Positions 50,216 through 60,440 of a stretch of 64,000 nucleotides of DNA are shown here, piece after piece (the stretch's first letter is position 1; the number at the start of each line of letters is the position of its first letter). The notes under the pieces were generated by a model, which saw only the letters and a program-made list of their open reading frames with translations, did no database searches and was not told the DNA's origin. The stretch lies in NCBI GenBank assembly GCA_963767005.1, contig CAVYCN010000003.1, positions 1 through 64,000 of the forward strand. Reading direction: 5' to 3'. The translations under genes and the position numbers were made by a program. The DNA is from an uncultured Actinomycetes bacterium. GTDB taxonomy: Bacteria; Actinomycetota; Thermoleophilia; UBA2241.

Positions 50216-51813
50216 GCGCCGACGTCCTGGCCGGCACGCCCTACCGTCCGCTGGGCGGGGCACTTGCGCTCTTCTTGGCCCGCGAGGGTGAGCTCCTGCT
50301 GGCCGGGCCCTCGGGCACCGGCAAAAGCCGCGCCTGTTTGGAGAAGCTCCACTACCAGGCCCTCGAGCATCCCGGCTTTCGTGCCCTGGTGGTGCGCAAG
50401 ACGCGCGAGAGCCTGACCCACGCCGGCCAGCTCACCTACGAACGGGCGGTGCTGGCCCGCACGCCCGGGGCGGCCCGCCGCTACGCCCGCGGCGATGAGT
50501 ATCGCTATACAAACGGCTCGCTTGTTGTGATCGGCGGCATGGATCGCGTCTCGAAGATCATGAGCTCCGAGTACGATGCGATCTACGTGCAGGAGGCAAC
50601 CGAACTCTCACTGGATGAGTGGGAGCACCTCACCACACGGCTGCGCGGTGCGGCGCTCGGCTCCTGCCAGATTCTCGCCTGCGCCAACCCGGCCGGCCCC
50701 AACCACTGGCTCAAGCAGCGCGCCGAGGTCGGGAGGCTGCGTCTGATCGAGAGCCGCCACGAGGACAACCCGCTGCTCTGCGACCCCGATACGGGCACCT
50801 ACAGCGCCTTCGGAGCACGCTACCTGGCCAAGCTCGACGCCCTCACCGGGGTGCGCTACCAACGTCTGCGTAAGGGCCTCTGGGTGGCCGCCGAGGGCAT
50901 GGTCTACGACGAGTTCGAGGCCGCCCTTCATCTGCGCGACGCGCGCGAGCTATTCGGGACGGCGCGTCGTCCGCCGGCGTCCTGGCGGCGCTTCTGGGCG
51001 ATCGACTTCGGCTATACCCATCCGTTGTGCTGGCAGGCCTGGGCTCAAGACCCCGCCTCGGGCACCCTTGTGCGCTACGCCGAGCTCTACCACAGCCATC
51101 TGCTGGTCGAGCAGGCGGCCGCCAAGATCCTTGCCTGGATGCAGAAGACCGGCGAGGACTTTCCCGCGGCGATCGTCTGCGACCACGACGCCGAGGGCCG
51201 GGCGACGCTGCAAGCCAAGCTCGGCGTGCCGACCGTCTCGGCGCGCAAGAGCGTCGCTGTGGGCATCCAGGCGGTCAAGCAGCGCCTGGCGCGCGGCAAG
51301 GGCGAGGGCGGGCTTGTGCTACTGCGTAACTGCGGCATCGCCGCCGACCGCGAGCTGGCCGAGGCCAAGCAGCCGACCTGCACCGAGGAAGAGGTCGAGC
51401 TCTACGTCTGGCGCGAGGGCATCAAGGACTCAGAGCCCTTGAAGGAGCATGACCACGGCCTCGATGCTCTGCGCTACCTGATCATGCACGTCGACCGCGC
51501 CAGTGTTTGGAGTCCTGAGGATATCGCCGCCCTGGGACGGCGCTGGCGCGGTGAGCAGGTCGGCGGCGGCGAGACCGACCTGGAACGCGAGCGCCGTCTG
51601 CGCCGCGAACGGGCCGAGGAGGCCGCCCGCCCGCAAGCCGAACCCAGCAAAGCGCGATCCGAAGAACCGGAGCCCACCCCCGAGCAGCTGACCGAGGAAT
51701 GCCGCGGCCAGTATCTAGCCGAGGTCGAGGAGATCAACCGTCAGGCGCTGCTGCGGGCGCAACGTGGCGCGGGACGGCCGCAGCGGGGGCTGAACGGACC
51801 GGGTCGACGCTGA
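50212..51813 (+). CDS. Terminase large subunit (PBSX-like)
   Basis: GPSGTGKS, YVQEATE, ANP..NHWL, GLWVAAEG, IDFGYTHP, DHGLDALRY; extra charged C-terminal tail. Confidence 0.92.
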   Translation: MSADVLAGTPYRPLGGALALFLAREGELLLAGPSGTGKSRACLEKLHYQALEHPGFRALVVRKTRESLTHAGQLTYERAVLARTPGAARRYARGDEYRYTNGSLVVIGGMDRVSKIMSSEYDAIYVQEATELSLDEWEHLTTRLRGAALGSCQILACANPAGPNHWLKQRAEVGRLRLIESRHEDNPLLCDPDTGTYSAFGARYLAKLDALTGVRYQRLRKGLWVAAEGMVYDEFEAALHLRDARELFGTARRPPASWRRFWAIDFGYTHPLCWQAWAQDPASGTLVRYAELYHSHLLVEQAAAKILAWMQKTGEDFPAAIVCDHDAEGRATLQAKLGVPTVSARKSVAVGIQAVKQRLARGKGEGGLVLLRNCGIAADRELAEAKQPTCTEEEVELYVWREGIKDSEPLKEHDHGLDALRYLIMHVDRASVWSPEDIAALGRRWRGEQVGGGETDLERERRLRRERAEEAARPQAEPSKARSEEPEPTPEQLTEECRGQYLAEVEEINRQALLRAQRGAGRPQRGLNGPGRR

Positions 51814-52079
51814 GCAGGTGAAAGCAACGAGTCCCGCCACGGCGAGCCAGAAAGCTGACGACATTGTCGGTGCGGACGCAATGATAGGCGTGGACGAGCC
51901 TGAGCAACTGCGCAGACGTTGCCGACCGTCATCATTGTCTTGGATGCGCGCTCCGGCCACGGTCACGTGTTGAGCGCAGGCGCTACGCTGCTCCTTCGTC
52001 GACTTGCCGAGCATCGAGCACTCGGCGCAGAAGTGGACCAGCGACTGGGGTCAGACCGAGGGCCGCCAGAGCGACCATG

Positions 52080-52104
52080 CCGAATGCATCACCGAATGCA
52101 TCAC
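52080..52104 (+). repeat. 12-bp tandem repeat CCGAATGCATCA x2
   Basis: Exact duplication in the intergenic space between TerL and GntR. Confidence 0.6.
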
Positions 52105-52141
52105 GAAGATCTGGCCGGCGTCTTCGGGCAGGACCGAACGA

Positions 52142-52855
52142 TTACGATCTCGCCTGGGCAAGGTTGACGTTCTCCAGATCCGGGTGCCGCAGCAGTACGA
52201 CCTCGACCATTCTCTCCGCTGCGGCTACCTGCTCACGAGCAGCGTCAGCTGCCGCTGAAGAATCTTGACGTAGTAGTGCCTCCACCAGGGCGCCGTGCTC
52301 CTGGTTCATTTCCAATCCACGCCTTGTCGAGGAAAGACCAAAATGCAGCATCCTCTCCATTTCGGCGAGTATCTCCTCCAGCAGCTGCGCGATTCGCGCG
52401 TTGCCAGACGCGGCCGCGATTGCCACGTGAAATCTCGTGTTGGCCTCCAGAAAGACACTGATTGCCTCATAGCCAAGCTCGTCATGGGTCGTAGCCATGC
52501 GAGCCAGGTCACTGATTCGCACCAGCTCCGATTGGCTGGCATTGCGCGCAGCCATCTCCGCAGCCGCCGGTTCCAAGAGCGCCCGTACGGCAAACAAGTC
52601 TCGAATGTCTTTGAGGGTGAGCGGGCGCACGACATAGCCCCTTCGGGGACTGGCCTCAATCCAACGTTGCTGTCTCAGCCTGCCTAGCGCGGCACGTACT
52701 GCTGCACGCGTCAGGCCATAACGCTCGACTAGAAAGGCCTCGGTCACCTGGCTACCGGGCGTCACCTCGCAAACTACAAATGCTCTGCGTAGAACATCGT
52801 AGGCTCGGCGTGAGCTGGAGATACGCACTTCGCTCGAACCATCCGGCGGCATCAT
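52142..52855 (-). CDS. GntR family regulator (FCD domain)
   Basis: AYDVLRR..PGSQVTE..TRAAVRAAL..PRRGYVV; NTRFH..SGN; EH. Confidence 0.92.
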   Translation of the reverse strand: MMPPDGSSEVRISSSRRAYDVLRRAFVVCEVTPGSQVTEAFLVERYGLTRAAVRAALGRLRQQRWIEASPRRGYVVRPLTLKDIRDLFAVRALLEPAAAEMAARNASQSELVRISDLARMATTHDELGYEAISVFLEANTRFHVAIAAASGNARIAQLLEEILAEMERMLHFGLSSTRRGLEMNQEHGALVEALLRQDSSAAADAAREQVAAAERMVEVVLLRHPDLENVNLAQARS

Positions 52856-52944
52856 AGAGCTCCTCGCATTTCGATCTCCGGCCGAACCCTTACCATAAGC
52901 CAAGGCACGACTCCATAGCAGGCGTGAGATGCCAAGCCTCGGGA

Positions 52945-54711
52945 CTAGGTCGACAGCCACCCGGGGTCATCACGGGGAACGCTTCGTATGAGGGCCTTGG
53001 TGTACTCATGGCGTGGCGTCGATAGGACATCGGCAGCCTCCCCATATTCGACAATCGCGCCGCGTTCCATGACGTAGACGTAGTCACAGACCTGCCGCAC
53101 GACGGCCAGGTCGTGGGCGATGAACAGCAATGCCATTCGCATCTGCTGGCGAAGCTCGCGCAGCAGGTCGATGATCTGGGCCTGCACGGAGACATCGAGC
53201 GCGGAAACGGACTCATCGCAGACGAGCAAACGGGGGTTGCCGGCGAGGGCGCGAGCGATGGCGACCCGCTGCCGCTCGCCGCCGCTGAGTGCGGGAGGGC
53301 GCTTTTCAGCCATCTCCTGCGGCAGCTGCACCAGCTCGAGAAGACGTTTCGCCGCGTCCTTCCCGGAGGGCTCGTCCACCGCCGCAAGCGCCTCCCTGAG
53401 GGTATTGCCGACGGTGCGCATAGGGTTCAGAGACGAGTACGGATCTTGAAAGACCATCTGCACGGTCCTGCGCAGTGGCCGGCGCTGGGCCCTGCTCAGT
53501 CTCATCCAGGATGTGACATCGACGCCGTCCAGCTCGATCCCGCCCCTCGATGGTATCTCGAGGCCCACCACGCACCGCGCAAGCGTGGTCTTGCCCGATC
53601 CCGATCCTCCGACCAGCCCCACGGACTCGCCCTCACGGACCTCCAGGGTCGCGTCCGCTATGGCCGCTTGCGAAGCTCCGCCGAAGGTCTTCCCGAGATG
53701 GTTCACCGACAGGAGAGCGGGCGCGGACTTCCTCGTCGATCCGGCCTCTTCCGCGGGCGCGATGCTCCGGCCGAGCATGGCGTCGGCGGGCCGCAGGCAC
53801 GCCGTCCAGTGGGCCTCCTCGACCTGGCGGAGCTCGACGGGTCCTGCCCAGCACTCCTCGATTGCAAGCGAACAGCGGGGGGCGAAGGGGCACTGGCCCA
53901 CGACGTCGTCGTGGCGTGGCACCGCGCCCGCCACAGAGCGCAGCCCAGCGACTCGCCGATCCATCGGCGGCTCGGCCGACAGCAGAGCGTTCGTATATGG
54001 GTGGGCCGTAGCGTCACGCACCCGCTGGGCCGGCCCGGCCTCGAGCATCTTCCCGGCGTAGAGCACGACGATCCGCTGGCACACCGAGAACGCGACCCGT
54101 AGGTCGTGAGTGATAAGCAGGAAGCCCATGCCGCGCTGTCGCTGCAAGTCGGCGATCAATCGCAAGACATCCCGCTGCACCGTGACGTCCAGGGCCGTCG
54201 TCGGCTCGTCAGCGATGAGCAGTTGCGGGTCGCGCATCAGGGCAGCCGCGAGCGCGACGCGCTGGCGCATGCCGCCGGAGAGCTGGAACGGGTAGCGCGC
54301 GGCGACATCGGGCTCGAGACCCACCTCGGCCAGTCGCCGAGCGATCTCGCCGCCCGACCGCATTTGCCTGCGCTCATTGCTGGGAAAGGCGTCCGCAAGC
54401 TGGACGCCGACCCGCTTCAACGGGTTGAGCATGGTGAAGGGGTCTTGCATCAGCAGCGACACGACGGATCCGCGGATCGTCCGGGCGCGACCGGGGTCGT
54501 TCATTGCGACGCCGTTGACGGTCACCGACCCGCCGGCAGTGAGCCCCGGCGGAAGCAGACCGATGATGGCGCGACTCGTGAGGCTCTTGCCCGATCCCGA
54601 CTCCCCGACCAGCGCAAGCGACTCACCGGCAGCGAGGTCCAAGTCGATGCCGGAGACGAGCGTCCTGTCAGACAGGTGGACGGACAGGTCTCGCACCTGC
54701 AGCAGGCTCAT
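52945..54711 (-). CDS. Peptide ABC transporter, fused dual ATPase (DppD/F-like)
   Basis: GESGSGKS, LSGGMRQR, DEPTTALD; second GGSGSGKT, LSGGERQR. Confidence 0.93.
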   Translation of the reverse strand: MSLLQVRDLSVHLSDRTLVSGIDLDLAAGESLALVGESGSGKSLTSRAIIGLLPPGLTAGGSVTVNGVAMNDPGRARTIRGSVVSLLMQDPFTMLNPLKRVGVQLADAFPSNERRQMRSGGEIARRLAEVGLEPDVAARYPFQLSGGMRQRVALAAALMRDPQLLIADEPTTALDVTVQRDVLRLIADLQRQRGMGFLLITHDLRVAFSVCQRIVVLYAGKMLEAGPAQRVRDATAHPYTNALLSAEPPMDRRVAGLRSVAGAVPRHDDVVGQCPFAPRCSLAIEECWAGPVELRQVEEAHWTACLRPADAMLGRSIAPAEEAGSTRKSAPALLSVNHLGKTFGGASQAAIADATLEVREGESVGLVGGSGSGKTTLARCVVGLEIPSRGGIELDGVDVTSWMRLSRAQRRPLRRTVQMVFQDPYSSLNPMRTVGNTLREALAAVDEPSGKDAAKRLLELVQLPQEMAEKRPPALSGGERQRVAIARALAGNPRLLVCDESVSALDVSVQAQIIDLLRELRQQMRMALLFIAHDLAVVRQVCDYVYVMERGAIVEYGEAADVLSTPRHEYTKALIRSVPRDDPGWLST

Positions 54712-55571
54712 CGCTCCAGCCCCCGGGCCTCGAGCCGCTCGTAGACCCAGTCTCCGACGATGTTCACAGCCGCCGCGGTCAGGATGATGGCCAGGCCGGG
54801 AGCCACGACGCTCCACGGGCTGGTGAACAAGTGTTCCTTGTTGTCGGCCAGGGTGCGTCCCCAATCGGCAGATCCCGGCGAGATCCCAAGCCCCAGGAAC
54901 GACAGGCTGGCCAGCGAGACCAAGCCGAACGCGAAGTCGAGAAAGCCGTTGGCGAGAGCCACCGGGGCGATGTTAGGCCAGAGGTGTCGAGTCATCACCC
55001 GGGACGCGCGAAGATCGAGCAGTCGCGCGGCCTCGACGTAGGGGCGATGCCGCTGGTCTAGAACGGCACCGCGGACTGTGCGCGTATCACCGGGTGAGAA
55101 GAGGACGACCAGGACGGCGACGGCGACGACAAAGCTGCCGCCCGCGATCCCGGTTACAACAATCGCCACGAGCAGCGCCGGCAACGAGAACATGAGGTCG
55201 GCCCAGCGCATGACCAGGCTGTCGACCCAGCCGCCGTAGTAGCCGGCGACCAGTCCCAGGATGTTGCCGATCAACATCGACCCGACTGCGATTGCGAGCG
55301 CCCCGAACACAGAGGTGCGGGCCCCGGCGCATACCAAGGCCAGCACGTCGCGGCCGAGCTGGTCGGTGCCGAGCAGGTGGTGGAGGGACGGCCCGGTGGC
55401 GGACAGTGCCAGGTTCTGATTCGTGGCTCCCGGAACGATCAGCGGCGAGAGGATCGCCGAGCCGAACGCGAGGACAGCAATCACCAATGCGGCAAGGACC
55501 AGCGGCGCCGGACGGCCGCCTGTCCGTCGCAGCGGCTTGGTTGCAGAAACGATGTCGGCAGAGACGGTCAC
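54708..55571 (-). CDS. Peptide ABC transporter permease (DppC-like)
   Basis: LGTDQLGRD, YVEAAR, RHLWPN, LSFLGLG. Confidence 0.93.
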   Translation of the reverse strand: MTVSADIVSATKPLRRTGGRPAPLVLAALVIAVLAFGSAILSPLIVPGATNQNLALSATGPSLHHLLGTDQLGRDVLALVCAGARTSVFGALAIAVGSMLIGNILGLVAGYYGGWVDSLVMRWADLMFSLPALLVAIVVTGIAGGSFVVAVAVLVVLFSPGDTRTVRGAVLDQRHRPYVEAARLLDLRASRVMTRHLWPNIAPVALANGFLDFAFGLVSLASLSFLGLGISPGSADWGRTLADNKEHLFTSPWSVVAPGLAIILTAAAVNIVGDWVYERLEARGLER

Positions 55572-55596
55572 GTTGGCTTCCTCCCCGCGCCGACGG

Positions 55597-56550
55597 TCAT
55601 TTCGAGTAGAGGATTCGGGGGTCGACGACGGCGTAGGCCACGTCGACCAGCAGGTTGATAAGCGTGATCGCGATCGTCAGCAGAAGCGCCACCGCCTGCA
55701 CCACCGGGACGTCCTTGAACGTCACGGACTCGACGAGCAAGTTGCCCACGCCAGGTAGCGCGAACGTCACTTCCACCATGACGGTGCCGGCCAACGTCGA
55801 CGTGAGGATGAGGCCGCCGGCCGTGAGGATGGGCACGAGGGAGTTGCGCAGCGCATAGCTGATCACCTGCCCGCGGCGTAGACCCCTCGCCTGGGCGAAA
55901 AACACATAGTCCTGGTCCAGTTCCCGCAGGACCGCCGCTCGGGTAAAGCGCAGCACGAGTCCCACCCCACCGACACCCAAAGCGACGGCCGGCAGCGCCA
56001 GGTGCCACAGCGTTGAGAAGAAACCTCCGCCGGTGCCGTACGCCGGAAACCACGCAAGCTCGACGGCGAACACGAGCAGCAGCAAGATGCCGACCGCAAA
56101 CGGCGGCGCACTGAGGGCGCCCACGCTGGCTGCACTGATGATCCGGTCGGTCCGCCCTCCGCGGCGCACCGCGGCCCACGCTCCAAGCGGCACACCGACC
56201 GCGACCGCGATCACCGACCCAAGGACTGCCACCTCGAGCGTCAACGGGAAGCTGGATCGGATGTCGGGCCACACCGGCCCTCCGGATTCGATCGAAGTGC
56301 CCAGATTGCCGTGGAGCACGCCGCCCAGCCAGCGCAGATACTGAACGAAGAAGGGGTCGTTCAGGTGGTATTGGGCGCGGATCGCGGCAACGGTGGCGGG
56401 TGATACCGGCCTGGTGCCGAGCAGGGTGTGCACGATCGAGCCGGGAGCCAGGTACAGCAGGCCGAAGATGCCGAACGACACGACCAGCACGACGGCAGCG
56501 CTGGCCGCCAGGCGTCGCACGAGGAAGCGCACCCACGCGCGGGCGGTCAT
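55597..56550 (-). CDS. Peptide ABC transporter permease (DppB-like)
   Basis: LAPGS, QYLRWL..GNLGTS, ARGL, ALRNSL, DPRI. Confidence 0.93.
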   Translation of the reverse strand: MTARAWVRFLVRRLAASAAVVLVVSFGIFGLLYLAPGSIVHTLLGTRPVSPATVAAIRAQYHLNDPFFVQYLRWLGGVLHGNLGTSIESGGPVWPDIRSSFPLTLEVAVLGSVIAVAVGVPLGAWAAVRRGGRTDRIISAASVGALSAPPFAVGILLLLVFAVELAWFPAYGTGGGFFSTLWHLALPAVALGVGGVGLVLRFTRAAVLRELDQDYVFFAQARGLRRGQVISYALRNSLVPILTAGGLILTSTLAGTVMVEVTFALPGVGNLLVESVTFKDVPVVQAVALLLTIAITLINLLVDVAYAVVDPRILYSK

Positions 56551-58505
56551 GATTCCTCGTCTGGGTCGAGCTCGTCCGCCAGGACCCCGTGCGTCGTAAA
56601 CCAGGACACGACCCGTCGGGCGACGTCCCGCCGATGGTTGGCCTCCACCAGCTCATGCCCCTCGCGGGCGTAGACGACGAGCTCCGCGAGATTGCCCGCG
56701 GCGGTCCAGGCGTTGTACAGCTGCTCGGCCTGCCCGATCGGGGTGACGCGGTCCTCGAGTCCGTGAACGATCATGAGCGGCGCCGCGCCGCGCCGCACTT
56801 GGTGCGCGGGGGACCGGGCGATGAGCTGCTCACGTCCCGCTGGAGTGTGCCGATCGGCGCCGGGGTGGTACAGCGGGTCGTATCCGCCACCGAGGTTGCT
56901 GGTCTGCCCGAAGCTCAGCCAGTCGGCGACGCCGGACATCGCGACGCCAGCGCGGAAGACCCGAGTCTGGGTGAGCGCCCAAGCGGTCAGGTAGCCGCCG
57001 TAAGACAGACCCATGACGGCGATCCGCCTGGGGTTGACGACACCGTCGCGAGAAACATGCGCGACACCGGCGAGGATGTCGTCTAAGTCGATCGAGCCCA
57101 TCTGACCGATCACAGCCTCCGCATAGCCCTGCCCGCGTCCGCTGCTTCCGCGCGGGTTGGGGAGCAGGACCGCGGCACCCGCCGCCACGAGCGGCAAAGC
57201 AAGCCCTGCGGCCTCGGCCGGGGCAAAACTGTCGGGCCACAACCAGGTGGGCCCGCCATGGACCATTACGACCAGGGGAAGGTTGTGCGCGCTCTCGGGG
57301 GCGAGCAACAGGCCGTCGATCTCGTGTCCATCGGACGCCGCCCACCTGCACCGCTTACGGCGCACGTGCTCGGCAGCAGGGAGGGCGGCGGCGTTGAACG
57401 CCGTCCTTGGCTCCCACTCAGCTCCGTCGAGGCTTCTGGTGACGATCTCGGGAGCTTGCGTGCCGCTCTCGTAGAGCGCCGCGGCACACCTGCCCGTCGC
57501 GTCGAAGGAAAGCGACGGCTGGCCGTCCCGCCCGCCCAACGCTCCGGGCGACTCCCGCCGCGTCCGCACACGGCAGGCGGAATCGATCACCCCGAACTGG
57601 ACGCCCCCAGGTGTCCAGCCCGTGAACCACAGGCTGCCGCCGCCGAGGTACCCGAGGTCGGTCACGTCGTCGACCCCGTCGAGTGGCCGCTGCCGCCCGT
57701 CGACCAGATCCACGCGATGGATGCGTCCGGACACGATCGATAGCCCGCGCAGCACGTGTGCAGTCTGGGAGCCCTGCGGACCGAGCCGCGGCCGGCTGAG
57801 TTGCCGTCCGTCCCCGTCCCACAACTCACGCCACGACCCTCCGGACAGATCGGTGGCTATCAGGGAGGGCCCGTAGAAGCCGGCGGGCCGCGCATCGAGC
57901 GAGGCGACGACCAGCAGCCTGCCGGTCGCGTCGACGTCGTAATCCCAGACCGTGCGGCCGCGCAGGTCGATCGGCCGAAGCGGTCCCCCCTCGACCGTGG
58001 TGGCCAGCAACCGCCGAAGCCGCCAGCCGGGCTTCGTGACACGCGGCTCGGTCGTATCGGAGACCCGCAGTCCCAGATGCATCCCGTCGCGTTCGCTGCC
58101 CGGGTCGGCCACCCGCACGACGACGTGCTGCCCGGCCACCGCGATGTCCTCGATGCAGCCGGCGACCGGGACGTCCCACCGTGGCCGCCCGGTTTCGAGG
58201 TCGATCGCGGCAAGGACCGACGGCTCCGAGCTCTCGCCGCAGGCGGAAAATAGGGTACGCCCGTCCGCCGACCACCGTGGCAAAACGTGCGACCCCGCCG
58301 TCACGGCCGTCACGGCCCGCGGGGCCTCGTGCACGTTCGACAGGTCTACGACGTAGATCTGGCTGGGACCCACGTCGGCCGGTCCCGCCATGCAGAAAGC
58401 GGCGAGATCGCCGTCGGGCGAGATCCGGACGTCTTGCGGGGTGCGGACCGAAAGGAGCAGCTCAAGGACGGAAAGAGCGCGCTCCGCTGCGGCCGGCTCC
58501 GTCAA
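56547..58505 (-). CDS. S9 family (acylaminoacyl/prolyl oligopeptidase-like) peptidase
   Basis: HGGP, PNPRGSSGRG, GLSYGG, HGLEDRVT, EGH; TTGA overlap with upstream gene. Confidence 0.92.
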   Translation of the reverse strand: MTEPAAAERALSVLELLLSVRTPQDVRISPDGDLAAFCMAGPADVGPSQIYVVDLSNVHEAPRAVTAVTAGSHVLPRWSADGRTLFSACGESSEPSVLAAIDLETGRPRWDVPVAGCIEDIAVAGQHVVVRVADPGSERDGMHLGLRVSDTTEPRVTKPGWRLRRLLATTVEGGPLRPIDLRGRTVWDYDVDATGRLLVVASLDARPAGFYGPSLIATDLSGGSWRELWDGDGRQLSRPRLGPQGSQTAHVLRGLSIVSGRIHRVDLVDGRQRPLDGVDDVTDLGYLGGGSLWFTGWTPGGVQFGVIDSACRVRTRRESPGALGGRDGQPSLSFDATGRCAAALYESGTQAPEIVTRSLDGAEWEPRTAFNAAALPAAEHVRRKRCRWAASDGHEIDGLLLAPESAHNLPLVVMVHGGPTWLWPDSFAPAEAAGLALPLVAAGAAVLLPNPRGSSGRGQGYAEAVIGQMGSIDLDDILAGVAHVSRDGVVNPRRIAVMGLSYGGYLTAWALTQTRVFRAGVAMSGVADWLSFGQTSNLGGGYDPLYHPGADRHTPAGREQLIARSPAHQVRRGAAPLMIVHGLEDRVTPIGQAEQLYNAWTAAGNLAELVVYAREGHELVEANHRRDVARRVVSWFTTHGVLADELDPDEES

Positions 58506-60163
58506 GTGGCGTGAACCTGCGTAGCCCAGGGCCCCACGAAGAAGTAGGGCCCGTAGTTCGACGCTGCGACGTGAGGACCGAACGCCGTCGCACCCTCGCC
58601 CCACCATAGCGGCTGGTAGGGCACATCGGCTGCCGCCTGCACCAGTGCCTGGCCGATGAGCCGGGCACGAGCCGCCCCGCTGGACGCCTGCGACTCGTCG
58701 AGCGCCTTGGTCACGGCCGTGTTCTGGTACTGTGCGATGTTGGTGCCCTGGGGCCCCGCGTTTGCGCCGTTCAGCAGCTGCTGGGCGTACTCTGCCGGGT
58801 CACCGGTGACCGCGAAGTACCAGCCCGTGTAGATGCCCGAGTGATGAGCGCCAAGCTCGGCGATCCACTGTTCGAGCGTGATCTCCTTGACGGCGAGCTG
58901 GACCCCGATCTGCTTGAGGTTCTGCGACAGCGTGAGCAAGGCTTGACCGATCTGCGGGCCGCTGTTCGGGTAGGTGATCGTGTCCGAGAACCCGTTGGGC
59001 ACGCTGGACGCTGCCAGCTCCTGCTTCGCCTGAGCCATATCGAACCCGTACTGAGGGATGCTCTGATAGAGCGCATCGACCTGCGGTGCGCTGAGCAAGC
59101 CGCCCCATTCCGACTTGGTCGGGAACGTCTCCGCAACCTGGCCGTAGCCGCCGAATATGCTCTTGATGATCCCCTGGCGGTCGACCGCGTGCGCCACAGC
59201 CTTTCGCACGTGCACGTCGTTCCAGGGCGCCTTCTTGGTGTTGAACGCCAGCGTCACGAGCGAGTTGTCGGTGGCGACGTCGACCGACGCGCCATTGATC
59301 GCCCTCCACTGCGCGATCTGATCCGTCGGTACGTTCAGCGCCATCTCGATGGACCGGCTGCGCAGAGCGTATTGGCGGGTGGTGTCGTCGGCGATGAACT
59401 TGAACGTCACCTGCTCGACCGGCACCGCCCCGCCCCACCAATGCTCGTTGCGAACCATGGTCACCTGGGAGTCGGGCTGGAACGTCGCCAGCTTGTAGGG
59501 CCCGGTTCCCAGGATGCCGACGCCCGGAGTGCCGAAGGAGGAGCCGTGCTTGGCGAGGAACGCCTTGGACGTCACCTGGAGGCTCCCGGGGCTGGTCGTC
59601 CAGGCGAACATCGCGTTGGGCGAGTCCAGCTCGATAGTGACCTCTTCGGTCCCCGTCGCCTTGACCGACTTGACGCCGGCATAGGCGTAGCTCAGATCGG
59701 AGGTCGAACCCTTCTCCGAGTTCGCCTCGATCGACGCGACCACGTCGTCGACGCTCAGCGGAGTGCCGTCGGAGAACTTAACCGCGGGCCTCAGCGTGTA
59801 GACGAAGCTTTGACCACCGACTTGGCGCCACGACGCGGCCAGCGCCGGAGTCAGTGCACCGTCGGGGCCGACCCCGAGAAGCGACTCCAGGGACAGCAGG
59901 GCGATCACGTAGTTGATGATGCCAGCTTCGTGCATGAGGTTGAGCGTGCTGATCGAGTTGGGCAGGCCCACCGAGAGGTTCGCGATCTGACCGCCAGCCG
60001 AGGGGCTGGCACTCGAGCTGGGCGTTGAACCGGTAGAGCCGCAGGCCGAAAGCAGTTCCGGCACCGTCACGGCACCCACGGCGACGACCCCAAGCGCCTT
60101 CAACAACGATCGCCGAGTGAGCGTCTGTGACAGGAAGTCTGGTTGCGCGTGTAGCTCGGCCAC
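58502..60163 (-). CDS. ABC substrate-binding lipoprotein family 5 (Tat signal)
   Basis: TRRSLLK, LSAC lipobox, LRPAVKFSDG, GTGPY, PWNDVHVRKAV. Confidence 0.93.
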   Translation of the reverse strand: MAELHAQPDFLSQTLTRRSLLKALGVVAVGAVTVPELLSACGSTGSTPSSSASPSAGGQIANLSVGLPNSISTLNLMHEAGIINYVIALLSLESLLGVGPDGALTPALAASWRQVGGQSFVYTLRPAVKFSDGTPLSVDDVVASIEANSEKGSTSDLSYAYAGVKSVKATGTEEVTIELDSPNAMFAWTTSPGSLQVTSKAFLAKHGSSFGTPGVGILGTGPYKLATFQPDSQVTMVRNEHWWGGAVPVEQVTFKFIADDTTRQYALRSRSIEMALNVPTDQIAQWRAINGASVDVATDNSLVTLAFNTKKAPWNDVHVRKAVAHAVDRQGIIKSIFGGYGQVAETFPTKSEWGGLLSAPQVDALYQSIPQYGFDMAQAKQELAASSVPNGFSDTITYPNSGPQIGQALLTLSQNLKQIGVQLAVKEITLEQWIAELGAHHSGIYTGWYFAVTGDPAEYAQQLLNGANAGPQGTNIAQYQNTAVTKALDESQASSGAARARLIGQALVQAAADVPYQPLWWGEGATAFGPHVAASNYGPYFFVGPWATQVHAT

Positions 60164-60271
60164 GGATTCCCCTCCCCCAGCGCTCGATGATGGGCAAGCC
60201 ATGACATTTCATCGAGCCCCTTGTATTAGGCACTGCCGACTTGTTCAGGATGCTATGCATTGCGCTGTGAG

Positions 60272-60297
60272 GATGTCAAGTTGCCACTTATGACATC
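60272..60297. promoter_or_regulatory. Candidate operator upstream of the ABC operon
   Basis: GATGTCA-N12-TGACATC inverted repeat; another ATGACAT half-site at 60201. Confidence 0.45.
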
Positions 60298-60440
60298 TCA
60301 GTAATCCCCTATGACGACCTTAGATGGTCTTGACGAACATGTCAGTTTCTGCGCGAAATCTGGCTGCGCGGAATCTGGCTGCCCGGATGTCCGGCTGTCG
60401 GTCCGCACTGCGCGAGGCTGTCTCAATGAAAGGATCGCTC

